Positions 63,428 to 64,000 of a DNA stretch of 64,000 bases are shown in pieces. The notes below the pieces were generated by a model. The model worked only from the letters and a program-made list of their open reading frames with translations, searched no databases and was not told the origin of the DNA. The stretch covers positions 186,001 through 250,000 of IMG/VR virus record IMGVR_UViG_3300042907_001080; one strand, 5' to 3'. The stretch's first letter is position 1, and each line of letters begins with the position of its first letter. Position numbers and translations under genes: made by a program.

Positions 63428-64000
63428 AACATACTGTGTGTATCCTTTTATAAGTTCTAGTCTGCAAGCAGATAACACAGTTCTGCCCTGCGGACAGTTT
63501 ATGAAATCTACCTTGTTTCAAAATATTATTCCAATTAATGACGTAAGACAAGGTTCTGTAATGCAAGAAATGCGTAGAAAAATGTTAAACGGCGAACGAG
63601 TAGAAGGGTGCCAATGCTACGCCGAAGAAGAAATAGGCATTTCGTCAATGCGGCAAAGCGGCCTTAACAAATATGAATTTACTACTGACACCACAATAAA
63701 AAAATTAGAATTAGTTATGGATAACATCTGTAACATAAAATGCAGAAGTTGTGGATCACCTAATAGTCATACCTGGCACGAGGATGAAATAAAAATTTAT
63801 GGGGAATCTTTTTCTAAGAAAAAATACATTAAAAATACTCTATATAAAGATCTCGAGTTAGATAGCTTAGTTGAAATAGAAGTTCTTGGTGGCGAACCAA
63901 TGTACAGTCCTGGAACTAAAGATTTTTTTAAACTATTAAAGAATAAAGGAATTTTAGAAAATCTTTCTATACAGCTAAGTACAAACGGAACTGTAGAACC
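63417..64000 (+). CDS. radical SAM protein with N-terminal twitch domain (3'-truncated by window; not in ORF track)
   Basis: Manual translation MISKTYCVYPF..LPC..GCQC..CNIKCRSC..LGGEP..STNG. Confidence 0.88.
   Translation, partial: MISKTYCVYPFISSSLQADNTVLPCGQFMKSTLFQNIIPINDVRQGSVMQEMRRKMLNGERVEGCQCYAEEEIGISSMRQSGLNKYEFTTDTTIKKLELVMDNICNIKCRSCGSPNSHTWHEDEIKIYGESFSKKKYIKNTLYKDLELDSLVEIEVLGGEPMYSPGTKDFFKLLKNKGILENLSIQLSTNGTVE

Noticed and set aside
1-64000. CRISPR array, integrase, transposase, intron or intein
   Set aside because: No regularly spaced short repeats or recognisable recombinase, homing endonuclease or intein motifs were seen; intergenic gaps are all short.
1-64000. Alternative genetic code (stop-codon recoding)
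   Set aside because: The standard code gives near-complete coding density with intact ORFs up to 2485 aa.

Overview
The window is a 64-kb segment of a large tailed dsDNA bacteriophage, probably a jumbo myovirus. It shows T4-like late TAAATA promoters, sigma70 early promoters and Shine-Dalgarno sites, and no integrase. It falls into five regions. (1) 1-5.2 kb: replication and accessory genes (phoH, RFC/gp44-type clamp loader, cytidylyltransferase, MazG-like pyrophosphatase, groES, a stand-alone DnaE fragment). (2) 5.2-30.3 kb: a minus-strand baseplate/tail-fibre module with very large modular proteins. (3) 30.4-36.2 kb: auxiliary metabolic genes (iscA, iscU, Fe/Mn SOD, uvsE, two glycosyltransferase-like genes, kdsA, and queD preceded by a preQ1-I-like riboswitch). 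(4) 36.2-44.1 kb: early genes, thyX, an Hc1-like protein and an oversized tRNA-like RNA with no canonical anticodon arm. (5) 44.2 kb to the window end: a dense tailoring-enzyme cluster with at least 9 radical SAM enzymes, 6 2OG-Fe(II) oxygenases, 2 kinase-fold proteins with degenerate catalytic motifs, 3 SDR/epimerases, a methyltransferase, GNAT-like, SGNH-like and QueC-like PP-loop proteins, and a cold-shock/glutathione-peroxidase fusion. Every block of this cluster starts at a late-type promoter. It is the best candidate for an undescribed system, possibly late virion protein or glycan hypermodification supported by phage-encoded Fe-S assembly and antioxidant genes. All functional calls come from motif recognition by eye; no database searches were run.
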